Positions 28,647 through 39,142 are shown, counted from the first letter of the whole stretch. The stretch: DNA of 63,103 nt, filler included, from Actinomycetota bacterium (GCA_046725875.1; 4 parts of 4 records of this genome joined end to end with filler, not necessarily neighbours in it), one strand, 5' to 3'. Translations and numbers: made by a program. The notes: generated by a model from the sequence alone, not told the origin.

Positions 28647-30116
28647 ATGAGGCAGGCGCACACCGTGGACGTAGTGCGGGCGTCGGAGGGCGCGCTGATG
28701 GCTCGGCTCCCCGAGGGCGCGCTGATGCAGCGGGCCGCGGCCGGCGTCGCGGCGGTCAGCGCACAGCTCATCGGCCGGGTATACGGATCCCGGGTGGTGC
28801 TACTTGTCGGGTCCGGTGACAACGGCGGCGACGCGCTGTTCGCCGGCGCCCGGCTTGCCCGCCGGGGGGCGGCGGTCGACGCGCTCTTGTTGTCCCCAGA
28901 TCGCGCACACCCGGCCGGGCTTGCTGCCCTCAGGTCAGCAGGCGGCACGGTGATCGACCGGGGGCGCGCCGCGTTCGACCGAGCCGATCTTGTCATGGAC
29001 GGCATCGTCGGAATCGGCGGCCGCGGCGGGCTGCGGTCAACTGCGGCGGAGATTGCCCAGGCCCTTCAAGCCGCCCGCACCACCGTCGTCGCCGTTGATG
29101 TACCGAGCGGCGTCGACGCGTCGACCGGACAAGCCGACGGCACCGCCATCCAGGCCCACGTGACGGTCACCTTCGGGACCTACAAGCCCGGACTCCTGGT
29201 GGATCCCGGCGCCTCGTACGCCGGCGTGGTCGAGCTTGTGGACATCGGTCTCGGTGGTTTTCTCGATGCGCCCGACGCCCAGTCACTGCAAGCAACCGAC
29301 GTCGCTCGGATGCTTCCGATGCCGACCGGGGAGTCTGACAAGTACCGCCGCGGTGTGCTGGGCGTTCTCGCCGGCTCCGACGCTTACCCCGGCGCCGCGG
29401 TCCTGTCGGTTGGCGGCGCACTTCATAGTGGTGCCGGAATGGTCCGTTTCGTCTCGACCCCGCGCGTGGTCGACCTGGTGCGAAGCCGGTGGCCGGAGGT
29501 GGTGGCCGCGGTCGGGTCGGTCGGGGATACCGGCCGGGTGCAGGCGTGGACGGTCGGGCCCGGCATCGGTACGGACGAGTCTGGCGAGCGCCGCCTGGAT
29601 GACGTACTCGACTCGGATGTCCCAGCGCTGGTCGATGCGGATGGCCTGACGATCCTTGCCAAGCGTGGGAAGCTCGACCGAGCGGCGCCGGTCGTCCTCA
29701 CCCCACACGCCGGTGAGGCTGCCCGGCTGCTCGCCCCGGAGTGGTCCGCGGCCGATGTCGAGGCGCGCCGGATCGAGGCCGCGCGCCGATGCGCGGAACG
29801 GTATGGCGCGACCGTGCTGCTCAAGGGCTCGACGACGGTCGTCGCCGGCGACGGCGGCGGACCCGTGCTCGTGAACCCGACCGGAACGCCGTGGCTCGCG
29901 ACCGCCGGGAGCGGCGACGTGCTGTCGGGCCTTGGCGGTGCCCTGCTGGCCGCCAGTCTCGAACCGCGCGATGCCGCCGGCGCGGCCGCGTTCCTGCACG
30001 GCCTCGCGGCCCGGCTGGCCCTGGCCGAGCGCGTGGGTCCGATCACTGCCGCCGACCTCGTCACCTGGCTACCTGCCGCATGGTCCGCCGTGTCCGGCAG
30101 GATTGACGACCTATGA
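28647..30116 (+). CDS. nnr: Bifunctional NAD(P)H-hydrate epimerase/dehydratase
   Basis: GSGDNGGD, DVPSG, KYRRG, TPHAGEA, LATAGSGDVL. Confidence 0.95.
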   Translation: MRQAHTVDVVRASEGALMARLPEGALMQRAAAGVAAVSAQLIGRVYGSRVVLLVGSGDNGGDALFAGARLARRGAAVDALLLSPDRAHPAGLAALRSAGGTVIDRGRAAFDRADLVMDGIVGIGGRGGLRSTAAEIAQALQAARTTVVAVDVPSGVDASTGQADGTAIQAHVTVTFGTYKPGLLVDPGASYAGVVELVDIGLGGFLDAPDAQSLQATDVARMLPMPTGESDKYRRGVLGVLAGSDAYPGAAVLSVGGALHSGAGMVRFVSTPRVVDLVRSRWPEVVAAVGSVGDTGRVQAWTVGPGIGTDESGERRLDDVLDSDVPALVDADGLTILAKRGKLDRAAPVVLTPHAGEAARLLAPEWSAADVEARRIEAARRCAERYGATVLLKGSTTVVAGDGGGPVLVNPTGTPWLATAGSGDVLSGLGGALLAASLEPRDAAGAAAFLHGLAARLALAERVGPITAADLVTWLPAAWSAVSGRIDDL

Positions 30117-31267
30117 GCGATCAGGGTGAGCAGCCAAGGCGGGCCGAGGCGCGGATCGACCTGACTGCGATCAGGGACAACGTCGCCGTGCTGGCCGCGC
30201 GGGCGAGCACGAGCGGCGCCGGCGTGATGGCCGTCGTGAAGGCGGACGGCTACGGCCACGGGATGCTCCAGTCGGCCCGAGCCGCCCTGGCTGGCGGCGC
30301 TAGCTGGCTTGGCGTCGCAACAATTGACGAGGCGCTGGCACTGCGTGCCGCCGGGGTCAAGGAACCGATCCTGGCCTGGCTCAATGCGCCTGGAGATCGC
30401 TGGACGGGGGCCGCCGGCGCCGGTATCGACGTGTCCGCCAACGCGCCCTGGGCGATCGAGGACATCGTCGCCGCGGTCGACCGTGCCGGGCGACCGGCGC
30501 GCGTGCACCTGAAGGTCGACACCGGCCTCGGCCGCGGTGGAGCGGCGCGGCCGGACTGGCCCGACCTGGTGGACGCGGCGCTCAAGGCGGAGGCGTCCGG
30601 CCACCTCAAGGTCGTCGGCCTGTGGTCGCATTTCGCCTATGCGGACGAGCCGGGCCATCCGACCATCGCGGGCCAGGTCGCCGCCTTCCGTGAGGCCGTG
30701 GGGTTCGCCGAGGGCCGGGGAGTACGGCCGGAGGTACGACATCTGGCCAACTCCGCGGCGACACTCACCCTGCCCGATGCGCACTTCGACCTGGTCAGGC
30801 CGGGCATCGCGGTCTACGGCATCACGCCGGTGCCGCAACAGGGCCCGCCGTTCGTCTTTGGACTGCGGCCCGCGATGACCCTCGCTGCCAGGGTGATCCT
30901 TGCCAAGCGGGTGCCGGCGGGGCACGGCGTGTCGTACGGACACCAGTACGTGACGCCGTCCGAGTCGACCCTCGCGCTCGTACCGCTTGGCTACGCCGAC
31001 GGCATCCCGCGGGCGGCGACGAACGTCGGCCCGATGCTGCTCGGCGGAACACGGCGGCAGATTGCCGGCCGGGTCTGCATGGACCAATTCGTCGTGGACG
31101 TGGGGGATGACCCGATCGATGCAGGCGACGAGGCCATCCTCTTCGGCCCGGGCGACGGCGGCGAGCCGTCGGCCGAGGACTGGGCCAAGGCGGTGGACAC
31201 CATTGCGTATGAAATTGTCACGCGGATCGGTCCTCGTGTACCAAGGGTTTACTTGGGCACCGTGTAA
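30113..31267 (+). CDS. alr: Alanine racemase
   Basis: AVVKADGYGHG (PLP Lys), HLKVDTG, GYADG, GRVCMDQ, YEIVT. Confidence 0.97.
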   Translation: MSDQGEQPRRAEARIDLTAIRDNVAVLAARASTSGAGVMAVVKADGYGHGMLQSARAALAGGASWLGVATIDEALALRAAGVKEPILAWLNAPGDRWTGAAGAGIDVSANAPWAIEDIVAAVDRAGRPARVHLKVDTGLGRGGAARPDWPDLVDAALKAEASGHLKVVGLWSHFAYADEPGHPTIAGQVAAFREAVGFAEGRGVRPEVRHLANSAATLTLPDAHFDLVRPGIAVYGITPVPQQGPPFVFGLRPAMTLAARVILAKRVPAGHGVSYGHQYVTPSESTLALVPLGYADGIPRAATNVGPMLLGGTRRQIAGRVCMDQFVVDVGDDPIDAGDEAILFGPGDGGEPSAEDWAKAVDTIAYEIVTRIGPRVPRVYLGTV

Positions 31268-31369
31268 GTTCCCCTTTGTCCTCTTTACGGCGTTTGCTTG
31301 GGTCGCGAAGGAGCCTTGGTGACCCGACCGATGGCTGAAGACAGTGGCTTAGGTGGCCCGTGAGAGCTG

Positions 31370-32464
31370 GTGGATGAATTGAGCCGATGGCACAGGTTGG
31401 GGAGGCGGGCCGGTGTCCTGGGGGCCGCGGCCGGAGTCATCGCCGGCGGGGCCGCGATGGGGATCGCAGTCGAGCGGTACGCCATAGGAAGATCGTTCCG
31501 GCGTGTCGATCCCGCCCGGGACGAACCGTTCGGGCGGCTGCGCGGGCAGCCGATCAATGTCGTCGCAGACGACGGGGTCGATCTCTATGTCGAGCTTGAC
31601 GGAACCATCGATGCCGACCTGAGCATCGTCTTCGTACACGGATATGCGCTCAACCAGGACTCGTGGCACTACCAGCGGCGCGACTTGGGGGACCTCGGCC
31701 GACTGGTCCTTTACGACCAGCGCAGCCATGGCCGATCCATGCGCGGGCGCCGTGAGCGCTCGACCATCGACCAGTTGGGCGCCGATCTCCGGGCGGTAAT
31801 CGATGCGGTTGTGCCGGACGGCAGTCCGGTCATCCTGGTCGGCCACTCGATGGGCGGGATGACCGTGCTAGCCCTCGCCGACCTGCATCCCGACCTCTTC
31901 GGCACGCGGGTCGTCGGCGTCGCCCTCCTCGCGACGTCCCCCGGCCGGCTCGCCGAGGTGACGCTTGGCGCGCCCGCATACACTGGCCGCATCCTGCACA
32001 AGCTTGCGCCGGGCTTTATCGGGGCGCTCGCCAAGCAGGCGGAGCTGGTCGACCGCAGCCGGAAGGCCGGCAGCGACCTCAGTTATGTCCTCACCAAGCG
32101 GCTGGCCTTTGCATCGGACGTGCCGCCCAGCCTGGTGCGGTTCGCGGCCGACATGCTCGCTTCGACCCCGATCGACGTCGTGGCCGACTTCTTTCCGGCG
32201 TTCGACTCCCACGACAAGATGACCGCCCTGCCGATCCTCCAGCGGGTCGAGACGCTCGTGATGGTCGGCGCGGACGACCTGCTGACGCCGGAGGAACACA
32301 GCCGGGATATCGTCCAGGCGGTGCCGGGCGCGGAACTTGTGGTGATTCCCGACTGCGGGCATCTGATCATTTGCGAGCATCCTGGTGTGGTGAACAGGCA
32401 CCTCCGTGAGCTCGCCGTCCGCTCCCGGCGGAACGCGGGACTCGCCCGGCAGGAGTCAGCTTGA
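31370..32464 (+). CDS. Alpha/beta hydrolase (lipase/esterase)
   Basis: FVHGY, YDQRSHGRS, GHSMGG; conserved position between alr and tsaE. Confidence 0.92.
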   Translation: MDELSRWHRLGRRAGVLGAAAGVIAGGAAMGIAVERYAIGRSFRRVDPARDEPFGRLRGQPINVVADDGVDLYVELDGTIDADLSIVFVHGYALNQDSWHYQRRDLGDLGRLVLYDQRSHGRSMRGRRERSTIDQLGADLRAVIDAVVPDGSPVILVGHSMGGMTVLALADLHPDLFGTRVVGVALLATSPGRLAEVTLGAPAYTGRILHKLAPGFIGALAKQAELVDRSRKAGSDLSYVLTKRLAFASDVPPSLVRFAADMLASTPIDVVADFFPAFDSHDKMTALPILQRVETLVMVGADDLLTPEEHSRDIVQAVPGAELVVIPDCGHLIICEHPGVVNRHLRELAVRSRRNAGLARQESA

Positions 32465-33183
32465 CCGCCCCCGCCTTTGGGTGCAGGGACCCCGGCTCCA
32501 ATCGCGGTGGAGCAAGGGTTCCTGCTTTGACAGACCGGCCGGGCCCGGTCACCGAGCCCGGCGCGGTGGCGCCGCTGCTCGGGAATTGGGCGACCCTTGC
32601 CGACACTGTCTGCCAGTGCGTGGCCTGCCCGCAGCTTGTGGCCGGCCGTACTCGGGTCGTCGCAGGCGTGGCACCGGCCGGTGCCGACGTGTTGCTCCTC
32701 GGTGAGGCCCCCGGCGCTTCGGAGGACGCGACCGGGACGCCGTTCGTCGGCCGGGCCGGGCAGCTGCTCGACTCGCTGCTCGCCCAGGCCGGCCTGCCTC
32801 GAGCCCGGGTGGCCGTCGCAAACGTGCTCAAGTGCCGGCCCCCGGGGAACCGAAAGCCGACGCGTTCGGAGATCCACACTTGCCGGCCGTGGCTAGCCAG
32901 GCAGATCGAGGTGCTCGACCCCGTCTTGATCGTGACGCTGGGCGGGACCGCCGCGGAGTGGGCGCTTGGCGGGAGCACAAAGATCAATGCCGTTCGGGGG
33001 ACAGTACAGAAGTACGAACGGTGGCCCGTCCTCTGTACCTACCACCCCTCGGCGGCCATCCGCTTCGGCCCGAACGGCGCGCCGCTGGCCGCGCTTCGCG
33101 ACGACCTCACCGCCGCGGCCGCGCTCGCCGGCCGCCTTCGCGCGGACCGGCAGGCGGCCGACCATCCGGTAACAGGGCGATGA
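32461..33183 (+). CDS. Family 4 (Fe-S) uracil-DNA glycosylase
   Basis: CxxC (CVAC), GEAPG..ED..G.PFVG.AG.LL, NVLKCRPPGNR, TYHPS; start may be downstream. Confidence 0.9.
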   Translation: MTAPAFGCRDPGSNRGGARVPALTDRPGPVTEPGAVAPLLGNWATLADTVCQCVACPQLVAGRTRVVAGVAPAGADVLLLGEAPGASEDATGTPFVGRAGQLLDSLLAQAGLPRARVAVANVLKCRPPGNRKPTRSEIHTCRPWLARQIEVLDPVLIVTLGGTAAEWALGGSTKINAVRGTVQKYERWPVLCTYHPSAAIRFGPNGAPLAALRDDLTAAAALAGRLRADRQAADHPVTGR

Positions 33184-33704
33184 CCTCCGCGGGGTGTGCG
33201 GAGCAGATCCAGTTGAGGGTGGCTACCGCCGAGGACATGAGGGCACTCGGCCGGTCGCTCGCCGACTCGCTGCAAGCCGGCGATCTCGTCCTGCTCACCG
33301 GAGACCTGGGCGCTGGCAAGACGACGCTCACCCAGGGCATCGGCACAGGCCTGGGAGTACGGGGACCGATCGCGTCACCGACCTTCGTAATCGCCCGGGC
33401 ACACCCGTCGACCGTGGCCGGTCCGGCCCTGGTGCACGTGGACGCCTACCGGCTTGGCAGCTGGGACGAGCTGGAGGATCTCGACCTGGAGGCGTCGCTC
33501 GACGACGTGGTGACGGTCGTCGAGTGGGGGACCGGGCTCGCCGAGGGGTTGGCGGAACGCCGCTTGGAAGTCGAGATTGCGCGGACGCACGGCGGCGACG
33601 CCGACGAAGAGTCGGAAGACCGTACTGTTCGGATCCGCGCCATCGGCCGCCCGCTCCCCAACCGCATGAGGCGCACCCTCGATCGATCGGGATGGCGCCA
33701 GTGA
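33180..33704 (+). CDS. tsaE: t6A biosynthesis ATPase TsaE
   Basis: GDLGAGKT, SPTFVI, HVDAYRL, VVEW. Confidence 0.96.
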   Translation: MTSAGCAEQIQLRVATAEDMRALGRSLADSLQAGDLVLLTGDLGAGKTTLTQGIGTGLGVRGPIASPTFVIARAHPSTVAGPALVHVDAYRLGSWDELEDLDLEASLDDVVTVVEWGTGLAEGLAERRLEVEIARTHGGDADEESEDRTVRIRAIGRPLPNRMRRTLDRSGWRQ

Positions 33705-34090
33705 GACAGCTCTCGGTCTGCGGCTCCACCTGCGCTCGCCGCAACTGATCAATGCATCACAATCGATCGATCACGGTTGAGCGAGATCGACAAATTCGGC
33801 TTCTGGGTCTATTTGGGACCGCCAGACCGGATCGGGAGCATCGAAGTGATCGTTCGTGGTGACTCCGGTCGGCGCGCCCGCCCTGCTTCGGTCAACCAAA
33901 GCCGCACGACTGATCGCAAGCGAGCGTGCCAATCATGATTGCGGCCGGCACGCCCGGGCGCCGGGATCCGACCGGCGGCTTGTGGAGAAGGTGCGGCTCT
34001 CAGCACACGGCTCTTTGGGCAGGCCCTGTGAGAGGCCACCCGAACCGCGTGATCGGCGGTGTTAGCGGATGGGTGCGTAGCCTGGACCGC

Positions 34091-34729
34091 GTGCTCTTGC
34101 TGGCCTTCGATACGGCAACTCCCGCAGTGACTGTGGCGCTGCGTGACGAGTCGCGCGTACTAGCAGAGCGAACGGTGGTGGACGCTCGCCGCCACGGCGA
34201 GCTGCTCGCGCCGTTGATCGCCGAGGTGCTGACGGCGGCCGGACGGGACCCCGACGCGCTCACCGGGGTAGTCGTCGGCGTTGGCCCCGGACCGTTTACC
34301 GGTCTGCGGGTCGGGCTCGTCACGGCGCGGGCCCTTGGTGACTCGCTCGGCATTCCGGTGTACGGGGTCTGCACGCTCGACACAGTCGCACTCGCCAGCG
34401 GGCTCCGCGGTGACTACGCGGTGGCCACCGACGCCCGGCGCAAAGAGGTCTACTGGGCGCGCTACCAGGACCGCGCGCGAATCGACGGACCGCACGTTGA
34501 CCGTCCGGAGGCGGTGGGTGCGAAGCTAGCCGGACTTTCGGTGGCTGGGCAGGGGGCCGTGCTCTACCCCGACGACTTTGCAGATCCACGGGAGCCGCAG
34601 TTCCCGTCTGCGACGGCGCTGGCAGCGTGGGTGGTAGCAGGCTTGCCGACGGTCGATGCGCTGCCCCTCTACCTACGACGACCCGATGTGGCCGAGCCCG
34701 ACCCGCCCAAGCCGGTGATCGCCCGGTGA
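34091..34729 (+). CDS. tsaB: t6A biosynthesis protein TsaB
   Basis: LAFDTAT, HGELL, GPGPFTGLRVG, DARRKEVY, PLYLRRPD. Confidence 0.95.
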   Translation: MLLLAFDTATPAVTVALRDESRVLAERTVVDARRHGELLAPLIAEVLTAAGRDPDALTGVVVGVGPGPFTGLRVGLVTARALGDSLGIPVYGVCTLDTVALASGLRGDYAVATDARRKEVYWARYQDRARIDGPHVDRPEAVGAKLAGLSVAGQGAVLYPDDFADPREPQFPSATALAAWVVAGLPTVDALPLYLRRPDVAEPDPPKPVIAR

Positions 34730-34798
34730 TCGCGGACCTCTTGCCCGCGACGGCGGAGGTGTGGCCTTGGGGCTTCTCCTAGCTATGGCGGGACTGTA

Positions 34799-35311
34799 AT
34801 GAGCACGGTGGACTCGCGATCGGGCTCGCGGCGGAGGGCGCCGAGTGAGGTGACGCTGCGGCGGATGCGGTGGTGGGACCTCCCCGCGGTCTGCGAGCTC
34901 GAGCAGGGGCTCTTTCCCCAAGACTCGTGGACGGTCGAGACCTTCTGGTCGGAGCTCGCCGGAGTTCCGGCGACCCGTCACTATTTGGTCGCGGAGACGG
35001 CGGGCGGGGAGATCGCCGGATATGCCGGCTTGCGAGCCGTCCGCGACCAGGCCGATGTGCAAACCCTCGGAGTACGCCCGGACCAGCAAGGTACCGGGCT
35101 GGGCCGCTGCCTGCTGGACGCGCTCCTGACCGAGGCCGGGCGGCGCCGCTGCCACGCGGTCTTCCTTGAGGTCCGGGCCGACAACGAGGTGGCGATCAAA
35201 CTCTACGAGCGAGCGGGTTTTGAGGTGACCGGGCGGCGCCGCGGCTACTACGCCGGCGGCGCCGATGCCCTGACCATGCGCCGCCGGCTCCCTGCGTCTC
35301 CGAACGGCTGA
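34799..35311 (+). CDS. rimI: Ribosomal protein S18 alanine N-acetyltransferase
   Basis: GNAT QGTGLG, LEVRADN..A..LY...GF...RRGYY; lies between tsaB and tsaD. Confidence 0.92.
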   Translation: MSTVDSRSGSRRRAPSEVTLRRMRWWDLPAVCELEQGLFPQDSWTVETFWSELAGVPATRHYLVAETAGGEIAGYAGLRAVRDQADVQTLGVRPDQQGTGLGRCLLDALLTEAGRRRCHAVFLEVRADNEVAIKLYERAGFEVTGRRRGYYAGGADALTMRRRLPASPNG

Positions 35312-35489
35312 GCAACGCCGCGCGTCGGCCGGTCGATGGCACGGCTGTCGACCCGTGCGATTGATGTTGGCGACGATCAGGTGATGGCGCCTAGCCCGTA
35401 TTGCAGGATCATGCGCTGGCCTCAGTGCATCTATCGCGGGGCGGTGTTGGCGCCGATGCCTCAGAAACTGGGTCCGCTCCGCAGGGAGT

Positions 35490-35574
35490 GGCGCCACTGC
35501 CCGCTCTAGCTGGCGGGCATCGGCGCCACTGCCTGGTCCAGCTGCGGGCATTGGCGCCACTGCCCTGCCTAGCT
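35490..35574 (+). repeat. Degenerate ~31-bp tandem repeat
   Basis: Core GGCGCCACTGCC at 35490, 35522 and 35553, with similar tails (CTAGCTGGCGGGCAT / CCAGCTGCGGGCAT). Confidence 0.7.
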
Positions 35575-35638
35575 ATCAGGGCGGCGGAATCCGGACTCGA
35601 GCCGAATTGCCTGGTCGGCTGTTACGGTCGAGGGCGTT

Positions 35639-36688
35639 ATGGCGGTTAGTGGACCACTTGTGCTCGGAATCGAGACCTCGTGCGACGAGACCGGGATCGG
35701 AATCGTACGCGGCCGGACGCTGTTGGCGGACGCCGTCGCATCGAGCGTGGACGAGCACGCGAGGTTCGGCGGCGTGGTCCCGGAAGTAGCGAGCCGGGCG
35801 CATCTCGAGGCGATGGTCCCGACGGTCGACCGCGCGCTTGCGGAGGCCGGTATCGCGCTGCCGGACGTCGATGCGATTGCCGTCACCGCCGGTCCCGGCC
35901 TCGCCGGCGCGCTGCTGGTCGGAGTGGCGGCGGCGAAGGCGTACGCGCTGGCGTCGAACAAGCCGCTCTACGGGGTGAACCACCTGGCCGCGCACGTCGC
36001 CGTGGACCAGCTCGAGCACGGATCGCTGCCGGAGCCATGCATAGCACTGCTCGTCTCCGGCGGCCACTCCTCGCTGCTCCTCGTACACAATCTGACCGGC
36101 GACGTCGAGCCGCTCGGTGCGACGGTGGACGATGCCGCGGGGGAGGCATTCGACAAGATTGCCCGGGTGCTCGGGCTGCCGTTCCCCGGCGGACCGTACA
36201 TCGACCGGGCGGCTAGGGACGGTGATCCCGCTTCGATCGAGTTCCCTCGCGGCATGACTGGACCGCGCGACCCGGCTTACGACTTCTCGTTCTCCGGCCT
36301 GAAGACGGCCGTCGCGCGATGGGTCGAGGCGCGCGAACAAAGCGGCGAGCCGGTGCCCGTCGCGGACGTCGCCGCATCGTTTCAGGAGGCAGTGGTCGAC
36401 GTGCTGACCAGGAAGGCGGTCACGGCCTGCCGCGACCGCGGCGTGCGCGACCTGCTGATCGGCGGCGGGGTCGCCGCGAACTCGCGGTTGCGCAGCGTTG
36501 CGGAGGAACGCTGTGCGGCGGCTGGCGTCAGGTTGCGGGTGCCGCGGCCGAGGCTGTGTACGGACAACGGCGCGATGGTCGCTGCCCTTGGTGCCGAACT
36601 CGTCGCCCAGGATAAACCGCCGTCGGCACTCGACCTGCCGGCCGACTCCGCGCTCCCGCTGACCGAGGTCCTCGTCGGCGCCGCGTGA
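35639..36688 (+). CDS. tsaD: t6A transferase TsaD
   Basis: [54 protein letters not shown]. Confidence 0.97.
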   Translation: MAVSGPLVLGIETSCDETGIGIVRGRTLLADAVASSVDEHARFGGVVPEVASRAHLEAMVPTVDRALAEAGIALPDVDAIAVTAGPGLAGALLVGVAAAKAYALASNKPLYGVNHLAAHVAVDQLEHGSLPEPCIALLVSGGHSSLLLVHNLTGDVEPLGATVDDAAGEAFDKIARVLGLPFPGGPYIDRAARDGDPASIEFPRGMTGPRDPAYDFSFSGLKTAVARWVEAREQSGEPVPVADVAASFQEAVVDVLTRKAVTACRDRGVRDLLIGGGVAANSRLRSVAEERCAAAGVRLRVPRPRLCTDNGAMVAALGAELVAQDKPPSALDLPADSALPLTEVLVGAA

Positions 36689-36859
36689 GCCGCTGCCCGA
36701 GCCTCTCCCAGCTCGCGAACGCCTGGACAGGTGGATGTGCCGCGCCGCTCGGGTGAGATGGTGCTTGGTGCGGTCGGGCTGGTGACCGATCTCTGAGCGG
36801 CGCATTTGCGGTCGTGCGTGCGCCCGGTCCGGAGATGCCAGGGGACTACCGTCACAGAG

Positions 36860-37780
36860 GTGGAGGTCGTTCTCGATGTCGACACCGGCGTGGACGATGC
36901 CCTGGCGATCCTGTTCGCCGTACGGCATCCGAAGATCGACGTCCGAGCTATTTCGTGTGTCACCGGGAACGTCGCCGTCGACCAGGTTGTCGCGAACACG
37001 CTGAAGGTGCTGGATGCGGCCGACGCTCGGGAGATTCCGGTGGCCAGGGGCTGTCCGCAGCCGCTGCTCGAGCCGGTCGCCGGCGGTCGAAGCGTCCATG
37101 GCCACGACGGCCTGGCCGATCTGGGAATGCCTGCGTCGGCGCGACGTCCCGCCGCACTGCACGCGGTGGAGCTGCTCCGCTCCACATTGGCAGCCGCACC
37201 GAATCCTGCAGTAGTCGTCACCCTCGCGCCGCTGACGAACATTGCCGTGCTGCTGCGGATGTATCCCGAAAGCGTGGATTCCATCGAGCGGGTCATCGTT
37301 GTGGGCGGCGTCGCGCAACCCGAGACGGTTGGCCGGACGGTCGACTTCAACGTCGCGGCGGACCCGGAGGCAGCCGCGATCGTTCTCGGCAGTGGGTTGC
37401 CGGTGATGATGTACGGTCTCGATGTCTTCTTCGACGTCTCGCTTACGAAAGCCGACGGGAAAAGGATGGCGGCATCGGCCGATCCGGCCGCGCAGCTTGC
37501 TGGTCGGTTGATCCTGCATCAGGCGCGCAGGTTCGGTCCCGACGCCGCGACCGTCGGCGATGCCGGCGCGGTGATGGCCGCCTTGGATCCGGACGGACTG
37601 CACGTGGTGCACGGATTCGTACACATCGACTTGGCCGGGCCCACGCGGGGTCGGACGCGCATCGAGATGGCGCCGCATCCCAGCTCCTCAACACGCGATG
37701 GGGGCCATGGCGACATCGCCTTTGACATCGATATCGCGCACTACCGGAGCCTCTTCCTGTCTATGCTCGCACCGGCGTGA
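36860..37780 (+). CDS. Inosine/uridine-preferring nucleoside hydrolase
   Basis: DVDTGVDDA, GNV, HGHDGL, PLTNIA, FNV..DPEAA; start approximate. Confidence 0.9.
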   Translation: MEVVLDVDTGVDDALAILFAVRHPKIDVRAISCVTGNVAVDQVVANTLKVLDAADAREIPVARGCPQPLLEPVAGGRSVHGHDGLADLGMPASARRPAALHAVELLRSTLAAAPNPAVVVTLAPLTNIAVLLRMYPESVDSIERVIVVGGVAQPETVGRTVDFNVAADPEAAAIVLGSGLPVMMYGLDVFFDVSLTKADGKRMAASADPAAQLAGRLILHQARRFGPDAATVGDAGAVMAALDPDGLHVVHGFVHIDLAGPTRGRTRIEMAPHPSSSTRDGGHGDIAFDIDIAHYRSLFLSMLAPA

Positions 37781-37815
37781 TATGACGCCGTCCCGGCAGC
37801 CGCCGCCAGAGCGCG

Positions 37816-38313
37816 TCATCGTCGGTCGGCCGGCACTGGCCGGCTGAGCCACAGGCTTGCACTGAACGACACCCCCCAGAGCAAGAACCACGGGTCCCAG
37901 AGAAAGGCATGCCAGGCCAGCGCCTTTCGGTCGGCATCCGGCCCGAGCTCGAACGCGCCGGCCTCCGCGAGCAGACCGGCCAAGGTCTGCACTCCGCCGT
38001 AGAGGACCAGGACGGTCGCGGCGATCCAGCCGAAAATCCGCGGCAGCCGGCCGCGGGTCCAGGACGGCAGCGTCCCGGCACCGACTCCCGCGAGCACCGG
38101 TGCGGCGAGCGCGACGATGACCTTCACGGCGACGATCAACCACAGCCCGGCGATCAGGGCCGGTTCACGTTCCCGGCCCCAGCGCTCGATACTGCCGCCG
38201 ATCGTGTCCAGCAGCGCCGTCCCGCCGAGTGCCCAGTAGGCACTGATCGCCGCGTTGGCCAGACCAAGCGCGCACGCGAGGGCGGCGGTGCCCGTAGCGG
38301 CCAGCGTCGGCAC
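37816..38313 (-). CDS. DUF3995-like 4-TM membrane protein
   Basis: SAYWALGGTALLDT..., WHAFLWDPWFLLWG. Confidence 0.72.
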   Translation of the reverse strand: MPTLAATGTAALACALGLANAAISAYWALGGTALLDTIGGSIERWGREREPALIAGLWLIVAVKVIVALAAPVLAGVGAGTLPSWTRGRLPRIFGWIAATVLVLYGGVQTLAGLLAEAGAFELGPDADRKALAWHAFLWDPWFLLWGVSFSASLWLSRPVPADRR

Positions 38314-38341
38314 GGGCCGAGTTTGTCAGATCCAAAGGTAG

Positions 38342-38590
38342 GGGCGCCCCGGTTGGGCCCGCCGCACCGAGGACGAGCCGGACCGGGCATTTGGATCGCG
38401 TGGCGGCCAGCCACTTACCGAGGGAGAGCGGGCGGTCGCCGATCTTGCTGCCGCGGGGGGCGACGAACAAAGAGATCAGCACGCGGCTCTTCCTCAGCGC
38501 AAAGACCGTCGAGGCGGTGCTTACCAAGGTCGACCGGAAGCTCGGCGTCCGCTCGCGCACCGAACTCGCCCGGCAGCTCGATCTCATTAG
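38342..38590 (+). pseudogene. 3' remnant of a large LuxR-family (LAL-type) regulator, frameshifted
   Basis: GWARRTEDE...LTEGERAVADLAAAG, then one extra G in the G run at 38455-38460, then ATNKEISTRLFLSAKTVEAVLTKVDRKLGVRSRTEL. In-frame stop at 38339. Confidence 0.75.
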
Positions 38591-38693
38591 CGCCGGGTAC
38601 GACGAGGGATTTCCCCGATTCCTCGACGATCAGGTCGCCGTACCGTCCGAGATGACCGTCGTCAAAGAGGTGGCACATCGACGAGGGGTTCCG

Positions 38694-39142
38694 GTGAATG
38701 TTCGCCCCCTGGCCCGTCGCGGGCTTCCTGTTGCGGCCGTCGCGGTCGCCATCCCGCTGGTCCTTATGGGCGCGACCAGCGCCAGCGCAGAATCGGCTCC
38801 GCTCACGCGGACCTTCGACAAGTGCCTGTTCGATCCCGCGGGTGTACGGCACGGCACTGCGGTCGGGCCATCAGGCGTGGAGGAAGCGCCTGGTTACCGC
38901 TCACTGGGCTTCACGAGTCAGGCAGCGTGTGGCGGGTCGACTTCGTCTGGGACGTCGGCGATAGCTACATCGCGGCCCTGAGCGGCACGCTGAATCTGAT
39001 GACCGGTGCCGTGGTCATGAACGGCCAGGTGGTCAGTGAAAGCGCCTGTCAGGGTAGCCAGGTCGACGATGAGGGCCAGCTCTACGACGCCGGGAACTCC
39101 TGCTCCTTCGGCTCGATCCAGGTGATGCCGGCCACGAGCTGA
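38694..39142 (+). pseudogene. Secreted protein gene with frameshift(s)
   Basis: GAGGGG RBS + GTG; signal peptide ending ASA-ES; reading switches near 38885-38900 to LTGLHESGSVWRVDFVW...GSIQVMPATS*. Confidence 0.6.

Noticed and set aside
35490..35574. Possible mini-CRISPR
   Set aside because: The core is only 12 bp and the intervening sequences resemble each other; this is a degenerate tandem repeat.
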